From: Nibricoccus sp.
GTDB lineage: Bacteria > Verrucomicrobiota > Verrucomicrobiia > Opitutales > Opitutaceae
Assembly (NCBI GenBank): GCA_047602425.1
Contig: JASGHG010000001.1
Location: 3,680,001-3,744,000, forward strand
Direction of reading: 5' to 3'
Length of the DNA stretch: 64,000 nucleotides
Of this stretch, positions 22,757 through 30,198 are shown piece by piece (within the stretch, counting starts at the first letter, position 1; each line of letters opens with the position of its first letter). The notes beneath the pieces are model-generated. The model saw only the letters and a list, made by a program, of their open reading frames with translations. It did not search any database and had not been told where the DNA came from. The translations under genes were made by a program, and so were the position numbers.

Positions 22757-24002
22757 GCTTGGGGAGGCCAAAAACAGTGTTATCCCCCTCTGATATAGCC
22801 TTTTGTGCCAGTTCTACCAACTGAGTCAAAACAGCCCTAAAAGGCCCTTGCGCACAACTAGACACACAATCTGTGCGTGCAGCTGTGTGTACTTCAGGAG
22901 CCAGCACCCACGGCAACTTTGCCACCTCGGCATGCAATCCGAGTGCGGCAACATCCGTGTAAACATTAGCCGTCAACGACGGGTCCGAGTGACCGAGCAT
23001 TTCCTGTGCGGCACGCTGACCGACACCCGACTGAGCGCCCCACGTCTGAAAAGTTTTTCGAAATGCATGAAAATGTAACACGCGACCAGACGCGTCACGC
23101 CGCTCAATACCAGCCCTCGCCATATCCGCCTGCAACGCGTCGTCAGATGGAAACCGAGCAAACACACCTAGATCACGCCGCCACCTCGTCACCTCAGCCT
23201 CACAACACAACAACTTTGCCAACTCCGGATGCAACGGCACAGTCCGCTTGTCCTTGTCCTTCGTCGTGCTTGCCCGGAACACGACGCACGGAGCATCCCC
23301 AAGGTTAACATCATCCCATAGCAACGCACGCGCCTCATTCGTACGAGCTCCAGTGTATGCAAGAAACAAATACACAAGCCGACGATAGGCAGGAGCCACC
23401 TCACAGAGTTTCGCCAACTCCGCTTGAGTGAACGCACGCGACACCCGAACCGCCTTCCCTCGAGTATCCACCATATCTACACCCCTGAGAGGATTGACCG
23501 CCAAACGCCCAAGCCGAACCAGCCAATTGAAGAAAGCATTCACCGACACCTGAAATTCTTTCTTCGTTTTTGCCGCACACGTAAGCTTTGCCCGCCACGC
23601 CACAAACGAAGTAGGGGAGACATCCGCAAGACGCGCCCACCCCGTCTCCCCAATGACCCGCTCGATGCGCCGCACACTCTCGACCACATGCGCAGCAGCA
23701 AGACCCCGCCCGTTCAAATCCGCCTTGTATTCAGAAACCAATGACACCAGCGACGCCGCAGCAGCAAAACGAATTGCCTCAGGTTGCACGATGCCTTCCG
23801 CCTCACATTGCTTCGCCGTCACCAAATCACGAAGACGCTTTTCTGCTACCTTTTTGTTCGACGTGTACAGCGACACCGTCACCGGTCGGTCACCAGCTTG
23901 CAGCGCGTACCGCCCAGAATACGACCGCGACAAGATACGCCTACCGGCCTTTCTACGACTCTGTTTGAAGACATACTGAATCACGCACTCATATGAATGC
24001 AA
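22728..24002 (-). CDS. Tyrosine recombinase/integrase whose 3' end crosses attL
   Basis: TGAR, TTKDK, HAFR, LGHS and VYT catalytic motifs; the last codons (LAARHGFEP*) read antisense through the tRNA; true start may be GTG 23984. Confidence 0.92.
   Translation of the reverse strand: MHSYECVIQYVFKQSRRKAGRRILSRSYSGRYALQAGDRPVTVSLYTSNKKVAEKRLRDLVTAKQCEAEGIVQPEAIRFAAAASLVSLVSEYKADLNGRGLAAAHVVESVRRIERVIGETGWARLADVSPTSFVAWRAKLTCAAKTKKEFQVSVNAFFNWLVRLGRLAVNPLRGVDMVDTRGKAVRVSRAFTQAELAKLCEVAPAYRRLVYLFLAYTGARTNEARALLWDDVNLGDAPCVVFRASTTKDKDKRTVPLHPELAKLLCCEAEVTRWRRDLGVFARFPSDDALQADMARAGIERRDASGRVLHFHAFRKTFQTWGAQSGVGQRAAQEMLGHSDPSLTANVYTDVAALGLHAEVAKLPWVLAPEVHTAARTDCVSSCAQGPFRAVLTQLVELAQKAISEGDNTVFGLPKLAARHGFEP
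22732..22757 (+). repeat. attL core
   Basis: GGTTCGAATCCATGTCGGGCAGCCAG, identical to 29637-29662. Confidence 0.95.
22851..22869 (+). repeat. Left putative integrase arm site (inverted relative to 29555-29573)
   Basis: CGCACAACTAGACACACAA; exact reverse complement at 29555-29573. Confidence 0.7.
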
Positions 24003-24045
24003 AAGAACTCACAAAAGCAAGTAGATTTTTGTAACATCATAAAGT

Positions 24046-24270
24046 ATGAAATCTCGCGTGCGTTCTAAGCCGCAAATAGCCGCCTCTTTACCCAAGCACA
24101 TCGCGGAAGAAATTCAGCGTTTCAGCACTGCACTTGATATCACAAAAGGTGAATACCTAGCGCTAATCGCTCGCAAATGGTATGCCGACAACTGTCCCCC
24201 GGTTAGCGATGAAGAAAAAAGACTCAGGGAAACAGCCGACCACCCAAAGCAGGTAAAAAAGCCAGCTTAA
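24046..24270 (+). CDS. Small DNA-binding protein, putative ribbon-helix-helix repressor
   Basis: 74 aa, basic N-terminus, strand-helix-helix pattern (QIAASLP...EEIQRF...ITKGEYLALIARKW); divergent from the integrase. Confidence 0.6.
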   Translation: MKSRVRSKPQIAASLPKHIAEEIQRFSTALDITKGEYLALIARKWYADNCPPVSDEEKRLRETADHPKQVKKPA

Positions 24271-24304
24271 CACCCGGATGCTGGCAACGCCCCAAGCAAA
24301 CACC

Positions 24305-24802
24305 ATGCGCCATCTGCTCTCACTGCTCCTATTTGCAGCAGTATCACTGACGGCCAGCGCCCGACTTGGAGAAAATGAGCAAGAGCTTATAAAACGATTC
24401 GGGCAACCTCTGTCACAGACACCGGAAAAGTTTTTCGCGCAAGGAAAATTCATAACCATCGGTACCGCTCTAACATTTCAACAAGAATCATGGCGAATAA
24501 CAGCCGTTTTAACAGAAAACCGTTGCTCGAAAATCACCTACACCCACCCCGGAGACTGGACCGAAAATCAATTCACAACGACTCTCACAGCAAATTGCCA
24601 AGCATCGAAATGGACCGACACGTCAAGCACTGACCAAGGATTCCGAAAACTATCGCGCAATTGGAAACGCGCTGACGGAGGAACCGCCTCGTGGACAATG
24701 GCAGGGACCAGTTTGGTAATCACAAACCCAGCCTACAACAGAACCAAAGAAAAAGCTGAAGCAAAAGCCAAAGCCGAGACCTCACGCATACCCAAAATCT
24801 AG
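24305..24802 (+). CDS. Secreted accessory protein of the prophage
   Basis: Signal peptide MRHLLSLLLFAAVSLTASA; co-oriented with the repressor. Confidence 0.7.
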   Translation: MRHLLSLLLFAAVSLTASARLGENEQELIKRFGQPLSQTPEKFFAQGKFITIGTALTFQQESWRITAVLTENRCSKITYTHPGDWTENQFTTTLTANCQASKWTDTSSTDQGFRKLSRNWKRADGGTASWTMAGTSLVITNPAYNRTKEKAEAKAKAETSRIPKI

Positions 24803-24806
24803 CAAC

Positions 24807-26132
24807 CTAACGCATAGAACTCGTTAGCGTTTCGGTGGTCTTCAGACGAGCAACGCCATCTACCACCGACCACGACCCCTCGTCCCGAGGCTTGTCGATC
24901 GCTTCGATTCTAGACATTTCCGTTCGCACAGGCATCTCCACACGTTCCGGATCCTTCGCTCGCTCCAAATAGACCCTCGTGCCGTCTACAACGGTCCCGG
25001 CTGCGTCTACACGCTGCAATTCCTTATCTCTATCCGTAACCGTACGACCGTCACTTAAAACAACCTGTACACGCCCCGCACGGATCAAATAACCACGAAC
25101 CAAAACCGGCTGGGGAAGGGGACGATTCGCAATATCCGAGGGCAAAGCGCTCGACGCAGCCGGCGTGTTGTTTGGTTTCAACTGCGCCAACTGGACCGAC
25201 GGCAGTCCCGTCACACTGTCCATTTGGACAGCGGGTCGGGCTGTCGGGTCTGTACCATTGCCAAGAGTAGGGGATGCCGTTGCGCTCGACGGCGCGCTCT
25301 TCTGAATTTGCTTGCCCAATAGCTTACCGCCAATCCATGGCGCAAACCAGGTCAAGGCACAAAGCAAAACCGCACCCGGTAAAACCAGAATAATCGGTAT
25401 GCCCGAGGCCCGCTTCCCTTTGTCCGCTTGCGATCCATGCACGCCAATCCCCTTCGCAGTGTCGTAACAAGACGCCGCGCCTTGCGTATCCAAATGATAG
25501 ATACGTTTTATAAATGGCTCAGAATTACGCGACGGCTCTTCGTTGTAATAACGCGCAACGAACCGACCACGACCTCTAAACATGCCAAACCGAGCTTGGT
25601 ACTCGTTACGGGAAATAATAAAATCCTCCGCCACAGATCGAAACTGTTTATCCAAATTCGAAGCCGCTTGCGTGATACACCACACGCGGTCGCTCAGCTT
25701 GCGATGTTGCGCCAGATAGATCAATGCCTCTGGACCAATTTCCGCCCACTTACGCGCGTTAAATTTCAACTGCGCTTCATCAATAACGTAAAAGACGCCT
25801 TGCGGGCAACCCTCAACACCCTCCATCACCTTTTCCGCTTCGACATCATCTAGTTTCTCAAGCGTTGAAAACTTTGGCACCGGCAAACGTTTCGGTCCAC
25901 GAACCAACCAAAACGACTGCACCTCATCACTACGGATCAGACAAACACGTTCAACCGTACGGAAATTTCGGCCGGGATACTTTTGTTGGAGGTATTCGTT
26001 AAGCCGTCCAACATCTAAAGGAAGGTTCGTAACGATGTTTCGATAGCCCTCCACGAGTTCCTTGATGATCTCCAAAAGAGCCAGGTACGACTTACCGCCA
26101 CCCGGTTTGCCCATGCCGATGTGAATACTCAT
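24807..26132 (-). CDS. zot: Zot/pI-like morphogenesis ATPase
   Basis: N-terminal Walker A GKPGGGKS, IVTNLP, Walker B YVIDEAQ, QHRK, ITQ, one TM, periplasmic tail. Confidence 0.92.
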   Translation of the reverse strand: MSIHIGMGKPGGGKSYLALLEIIKELVEGYRNIVTNLPLDVGRLNEYLQQKYPGRNFRTVERVCLIRSDEVQSFWLVRGPKRLPVPKFSTLEKLDDVEAEKVMEGVEGCPQGVFYVIDEAQLKFNARKWAEIGPEALIYLAQHRKLSDRVWCITQAASNLDKQFRSVAEDFIISRNEYQARFGMFRGRGRFVARYYNEEPSRNSEPFIKRIYHLDTQGAASCYDTAKGIGVHGSQADKGKRASGIPIILVLPGAVLLCALTWFAPWIGGKLLGKQIQKSAPSSATASPTLGNGTDPTARPAVQMDSVTGLPSVQLAQLKPNNTPAASSALPSDIANRPLPQPVLVRGYLIRAGRVQVVLSDGRTVTDRDKELQRVDAAGTVVDGTRVYLERAKDPERVEMPVRTEMSRIEAIDKPRDEGSWSVVDGVARLKTTETLTSSMR

Positions 26133-26135
26133 CGT

Positions 26136-26270
26136 TCACTCCTCCAACTTGTCAAAACGCTTTGCCCTCCTGATTGCCCAAACGTCGGCAATCAAAAACC
26201 CGAAAAGCGTACTAACCGAACCAACAAGCATCCAAAAAACAATACCCCAAATAGAATCAGCAATTATCAT
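26136..26270 (-). CDS. 44-aa single-TM putative minor virion protein (not in the ORF track)
   Basis: Hand translation MIIADSIWGIVFWMLVGSVSTLFGFLIADVWAIRRAKRFDKLEE; its end supplies the GGAGGA SD for zot. Confidence 0.65.
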   Translation of the reverse strand: MIIADSIWGIVFWMLVGSVSTLFGFLIADVWAIRRAKRFDKLEE

Positions 26271-26274
26271 AAAT

Positions 26275-26421
26275 TTATCTTTCGATGTTATCCGAACCAA
26301 CACGACGCACCCAACGAAGCCCTGTACGAGTCAAACGCACCAACGCTCCAAACATCATACCAAGGGCAAAAACTTTCGCCTCATCGGTAAGCGCCCATTC
26401 AGGAAGATTCTCAAAGTTCAT
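26275..26421 (-). CDS. 48-aa putative minor virion protein
   Basis: MNFENLPEWALTDEAKVFALGMMFGALVRLTRTGLRWVRRVGSDNIER; ATGA overlap with the upstream stop. Confidence 0.65.
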   Translation of the reverse strand: MNFENLPEWALTDEAKVFALGMMFGALVRLTRTGLRWVRRVGSDNIER

Positions 26422-27752
26422 GGCACAATAAACCGAATTGTAGCAGCCGCAGCCGCGAAGATTGACGAAGCATAGAGATTCCATCCAAAGCGCGCCACGA
26501 GGGTCAACACAATCGTCGCAACCGGAAAAAGCTTATCCAACATATACAAGGCCCCCGCAGCCATTCCCGTAGTTGGATTCGTGCCCGCCGCCGCTATGAT
26601 CGCAGACAAACTAATATCTCCGGTCAACCAAGACAACAAAGCCAAAGTAAATGTAGTCACCGCCACCGTTATTGCCGAAGCAGCAACCAACGCCGTCGCT
26701 TGCGCGCCCGTACCACTGACTATCGGATTCCCCTTCGCTTGCGGCAAAACACTGATCCCTTGCGTCCAGTCCTTAACCTGCGCTGACGCCCAAATGCCAA
26801 AAACAATTATACACGCCCAAGCAGTGGCCGACCGGAACCATTCACAAATCCCAGCGAAACGTTCATTCTTAAACGGATCAGCATCGACCGTAGCCCCGCC
26901 CATGTTTGCCGGAAAAACTATCGCGAAGTTCGGCGCACCACCGCCAACAGTCGGCTTCACGGGCTGACTAACAGAAGGATAATGAGCCCTAGCCACCGAT
27001 GCCGCCGCAGCCCCTTTTCCCTCCATTTGACTAGTACCCTCTTCACCTTTCTTCTGCGCAGCCTGTACAGCTTCCCACAACGAGTCGCCACCTGTACCCG
27101 TACCCGAAGAACCAGACGACCCCGAAGAGCTTGACGACGAACTCCCACCCGAACTTGACGAAGACGAAGATGACGACGAACCGCCTTCACCTCCCCCTGA
27201 ACTTCCGCTTGAAGACGAGGATGACGACGACGATGAAGAAGACGATGACGACGACGAGGAAGAGGACGAAGAACTAGACGAAGACGAACTGCCTTCAGGC
27301 GATAGATAATCAGTATAATTGACCGAAACCCGCTCAGTAGGATTTAAGTTACTATACGTAAACGCATTAATCCGTAACTCCGCACCTACCTGGTATTCGC
27401 TATCAAACAATATATCGTAATATCCGCTGGCTTGCTGCTCATACACTAAAGCGACCTCAAGACCATTCGCTTTCTTTATATATATCGAATAATACTGTCC
27501 CGGCCAACCCGGGGTACCCGAGTTTGTGCTCACCGCTGTAAATAACCGAGCCCCAGCCCCATTATTCGTCAACTCTGTGTGAGTCGTAACCGTAAATGTA
27601 ATATCCCTAATTTCATAGCCAGAACCATTCCAATAGTTAAACGGCACGACATACGAACCGCCACCACCAAAGACCTTCAAACATCCAAAGGCGACAAAAT
27701 AAAAGAAGACAACCAACAACCTGCTACAAAAATTAGGAATAGCATATTTCAT
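26418..27752 (-). CDS. pIII-like adsorption protein with a poly-Ser/Gly linker
   Basis: Signal peptide, Tyr-rich beta domain, long Ser/Gly linker, hydrophobic C-terminus; lies between the coat gene and zot. Confidence 0.8.
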   Translation of the reverse strand: MKYAIPNFCSRLLVVFFYFVAFGCLKVFGGGGSYVVPFNYWNGSGYEIRDITFTVTTHTELTNNGAGARLFTAVSTNSGTPGWPGQYYSIYIKKANGLEVALVYEQQASGYYDILFDSEYQVGAELRINAFTYSNLNPTERVSVNYTDYLSPEGSSSSSSSSSSSSSSSSSSSSSSSSSSSSGSSGGGEGGSSSSSSSSSSGGSSSSSSSGSSGSSGTGTGGDSLWEAVQAAQKKGEEGTSQMEGKGAAAASVARAHYPSVSQPVKPTVGGGAPNFAIVFPANMGGATVDADPFKNERFAGICEWFRSATAWACIIVFGIWASAQVKDWTQGISVLPQAKGNPIVSGTGAQATALVAASAITVAVTTFTLALLSWLTGDISLSAIIAAAGTNPTTGMAAGALYMLDKLFPVATIVLTLVARFGWNLYASSIFAAAAATIRFIVP

Positions 27753-27759
27753 GGGATTT

Positions 27760-27793
27760 AAAGGTTTAAAGCCGGGGTTTGCAGTCCCCCGGC
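27760..27793 (-). terminator. Hairpin/terminator after the major coat gene
   Basis: GCCGGGG/CCCCGGC stem (27771-27793) followed on the minus strand by TTTAAACCTTT. Confidence 0.6.
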
Positions 27794-27802
27794 ATAGCAT
27801 CG

Positions 27803-27919
27803 TTAGATGCGCTTGAGCCACTTGCGACCGAGGAAAAACCCGGTCACAGAGACGGCCAGAACAACGATAACGCCAAACAGCGTTGTTGCGGATGCAACCA
27901 TTGCAGTAATCTCAGTCAT
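27803..27919 (-). CDS. Major coat protein (pVIII-like), 38 aa (not in the ORF track)
   Basis: MTEITAMVASATTLFGVIVVLAVSVTGFFLGRKWLKRI: amphipathic N-terminus, TM core, basic C-terminus; upstream of the pIII-like gene. Confidence 0.8.
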   Translation of the reverse strand: MTEITAMVASATTLFGVIVVLAVSVTGFFLGRKWLKRI

Positions 27920-27936
27920 GTTTATGTTTCCCGGTT

Positions 27937-28065
27937 TTATTTTGTTATTTTTCGCCGCCACAACCAGACGCGGAAACTAATTCCGGCAGCGAATAGCACC
28001 CATAGTGGCCAACAGGTCAGCAAAAACTGCCGAACCATTTGCGATACTATAGACGCAAAAATCAT
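27937..28065 (-). CDS. 42-aa hydrophobic protein (pVII/pIX-like position)
   Basis: MIFASIVSQMVRQFLLTCWPLWVLFAAGISFRVWLWRRKITK. Confidence 0.55.
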   Translation of the reverse strand: MIFASIVSQMVRQFLLTCWPLWVLFAAGISFRVWLWRRKITK

Positions 28066-28067
28066 AC

Positions 28068-28304
28068 TCAGGTCAGAACCAACTCCCCCTGACCCTCCAA
28101 GAGCATCAAAGCCCCGTTTAAACGCGATATCTCCCCAGTAAGCGCAGTGATAGCCTGCTTTTCCGTAGACTCCCAAATTTCGGCATTTAAACAACTGCTA
28201 GGGGTAAGCAGCAGACGCTCACAACGCATCGTCTTTGCTTTTTCGAGATCAGCGATACGACGACGAATAGCACCAATTTTATTAGCTCTCTGGAATCGAT
28301 TCAT
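28068..28304 (-). CDS. 78-aa helical-hairpin hypothetical protein
   Basis: MNRFQRANKIGAIRRRIADLEK...ITALTGEISRLNGALMLLEGQGELVLT; heptad pattern. Confidence 0.55.
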   Translation of the reverse strand: MNRFQRANKIGAIRRRIADLEKAKTMRCERLLLTPSSCLNAEIWESTEKQAITALTGEISRLNGALMLLEGQGELVLT

Positions 28305-28334
28305 AACGACAGTTAGTTTTGTTTTGAACAAGGA

Positions 28335-28381
28335 AAGGCCGCGCATGCCGTCCGCTAGCGCGTCCGGCATGCGCGGGCCTT
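28335..28381. other. Strong GC-rich stem-loop directly after the SSB gene
   Basis: 12-bp perfect stem CCGCGCATGCCG (28339-28350) / CGGCATGCGCGG (28365-28376); loop contains the palindrome CGCTAGCG. Confidence 0.7.
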
Positions 28382-28686
28382 TATTTCTTCGATACTTCTG
28401 GACGCTCCAATTTGACATCGAGAGACAGAAGGCCGTTTGCCTTGAATCCCGGAACGACTTGCGCGACGACATCTTCGCCAGAGCGAAAGAGCAGGGGCAT
28501 TTCACCCTTTGCTTGATCGACTGACTGAGTGAGGTTGACGAAGGTCTCACCAGCGAGAACCTTGCCACGAACCATTTGATAGGCGCGACCCTTTGCAGAG
28601 ACGCCACCGATCATTTCGAAATCGCCAACCGCTTTACCGATCAGGAAGACGCCGGTTGGAAGTCCGGCAGGTAGTTTGATAGCCAT
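28381..28686 (-). CDS. pV-like single-stranded DNA-binding protein
   Basis: 101 aa, beta-rich; GGVSAKGRAYQM resembles the Ff pV DNA-binding hairpin; directly downstream of rep. Confidence 0.7.
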   Translation of the reverse strand: MAIKLPAGLPTGVFLIGKAVGDFEMIGGVSAKGRAYQMVRGKVLAGETFVNLTQSVDQAKGEMPLLFRSGEDVVAQVVPGFKANGLLSLDVKLERPEVSKK

Positions 28687-29498
28687 GTTTGTACTTTCGT
28701 TTCTATTTTATTGCGGTCGATTTTGAGGACATCCGCCCCGAGACCGTGCCGGAGCAGAAGTTGTGAAAACTCCACAAGTAACGCACCCCACGAATCCTGA
28801 CGGATTACAAAGAGCTGATGACGTTTTGAGCCGTCATCCAAAGTGGTCCGACCGACGACAAGCTTTGACCATTTCTGAATTCTCTCCCCGATTGTATCGG
28901 ATTTCCCGATACGTTCGTTTTGTGTGTCGCTGGACAGGTCATCACCAGCTTGGCGGGGGGACGCCTTTTCTTCTTTCTTTAGCTCATCGCCGGTCGAAGA
29001 GGGGAAGAATCCCATTGAGGTCTGAAAGAGCCTCATCTGGCTGCGATTGAGAACCCAATCGGGCAGATTTTCCGCAGCCTTGGAAACGTACTTAAAAAGG
29101 TAATCAAAGCGGGCATCTGTCACACCCTTGATTTCTGTCCGTCCCTTCGCCCACCGGTTGTGAATGTCTTCAGCTTCGATAGGACGCTTGTAGTCAACTA
29201 ACAGATGCCAGTGAGGCCACACCTTGCCGTTTTCATCCGGCTCATGGAACTCCAGTTTCCAACACCAACGCTTGATGCTGTAATCCTCGCGCAACCGGTC
29301 GATAAAATGCCGCATAGACCGTTTTCCGGCTTCATATGCAGCCTCTGGATCAGGAAACCGCTCACGGTCTAGCGTGAGGGTTATAAAACGCCAATTGCGC
29401 AGATTGTCCGGAAAACCACGGCGCACTAGCTGGCGAATCTTCGCTAGCGCCCCCAACTCCGTCCAAAAGCCCGGAACAACGTATGGAGAAATCGTCAT
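28641..29498 (-). CDS. HUH-superfamily rolling-circle replication initiator
   Basis: Motif I FITLT, motif II PHWHLLV, motif III YLFKYVSK; SD GGAGGG 6 nt before the ATG. Confidence 0.88.
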   Translation of the reverse strand: MTISPYVVPGFWTELGALAKIRQLVRRGFPDNLRNWRFITLTLDRERFPDPEAAYEAGKRSMRHFIDRLREDYSIKRWCWKLEFHEPDENGKVWPHWHLLVDYKRPIEAEDIHNRWAKGRTEIKGVTDARFDYLFKYVSKAAENLPDWVLNRSQMRLFQTSMGFFPSSTGDELKKEEKASPRQAGDDLSSDTQNERIGKSDTIGERIQKWSKLVVGRTTLDDGSKRHQLFVIRQDSWGALLVEFSQLLLRHGLGADVLKIDRNKIETKVQTWLSNYLPDFQPASS

Positions 29499-29554
29499 TT
29501 AACGCCCTCCACATCCGTCAAAGTTCGCCAAACAACCGCCAAAACTAAACGCGT

Positions 29555-29573
29555 TTGTGTGTCTAGTTGTGCG
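29555..29573 (-). repeat. Right putative integrase arm site
   Basis: TTGTGTGTCTAGTTGTGCG, the reverse complement of 22851-22869. Confidence 0.7.
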
Positions 29574-29636
29574 TAATACTCACCAGCCCAATCCTTAAGG
29601 CATGACTCGAAATCCTTTACCACCCCACTGAAACAA

Positions 29637-29662
29637 GGTTCGAATCCATGTCGGGCAGCCAG
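29637..29662 (+). repeat. attR core (duplicated tRNA-Gln 3' end)
   Basis: 26/26 identical to 22732-22757. Confidence 0.95.
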
Positions 29663-29835
29663 TTTGGCTATTCAGCCCATGGTGGAGGGCGGTTTTCCGG
29701 TGATTTTGATCAAAATGTAAGACACTCGTAACGTGGCGGCTCTTGTGCAGGGAGATTGGCCCGGTTATAGCTAGCGGTGTTGGGACAGTTCACCGTACTT
29801 AGCCAACGCTCAACCGAAAGGAGAAAGCAGCCGCC

Positions 29836-30027
29836 ATGATCAACCTCGAAGCAATCAGGGAAAAAATCGGCTCGGCAACCACTGTTGAGGAGTCGAAACA
29901 AATCGCCCGCTACCTGCTCGGCTATATCAGCGCCATGAACGACGATGTGGAGCCCGATCACGTCAACGGAAATTGGGAGGATCTCACGTTTCGTCTTCCG
30001 ACCGATCCGCTGCGTTTCCGGCAATAG
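29836..30027 (+). CDS. 63-aa hypothetical protein
   Basis: AAGGAG SD upstream; protein-like composition. Confidence 0.5.
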   Translation: MINLEAIREKIGSATTVEESKQIARYLLGYISAMNDDVEPDHVNGNWEDLTFRLPTDPLRFRQ

Positions 30028-30198
30028 CATCGACGGGTTTTGAGCCCCAACCAATGTTCTCTAGGCAGTGGTTGTTGATGGTTTTTGTTTTCGATCAAAA
30101 GGTTAGGGTATTGGCGGCGGAATAAGGGAAGATATTCTTTCAAGAACAAAATTTGCCGTAACTTTTGGCGGTCCTTTTACGTTATTAACGCTGACAAC

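Larger units (their letters stand above)
22732..29662. mobile_element. Integrated filamentous (Inoviridae-like) prophage, 6905 bp as a circle
   Basis: 26-bp direct repeat of the tRNA 3' end at both boundaries; integrase, HUH Rep, SSB, coat proteins, pIII-like and Zot/pI genes; G/T-rich coding strand. Confidence 0.93.

Noticed and set aside
24807..26132. Zot as an enterotoxin/virulence factor
   Set aside because: Context indicates the phage assembly ATPase; nothing in the sequence supports toxin activity.
27095..27295. Phase-variable microsatellite in the pIII-like gene
   Set aside because: Ser codons are heterogeneous and the repeat is in-frame; it reflects protein low complexity.
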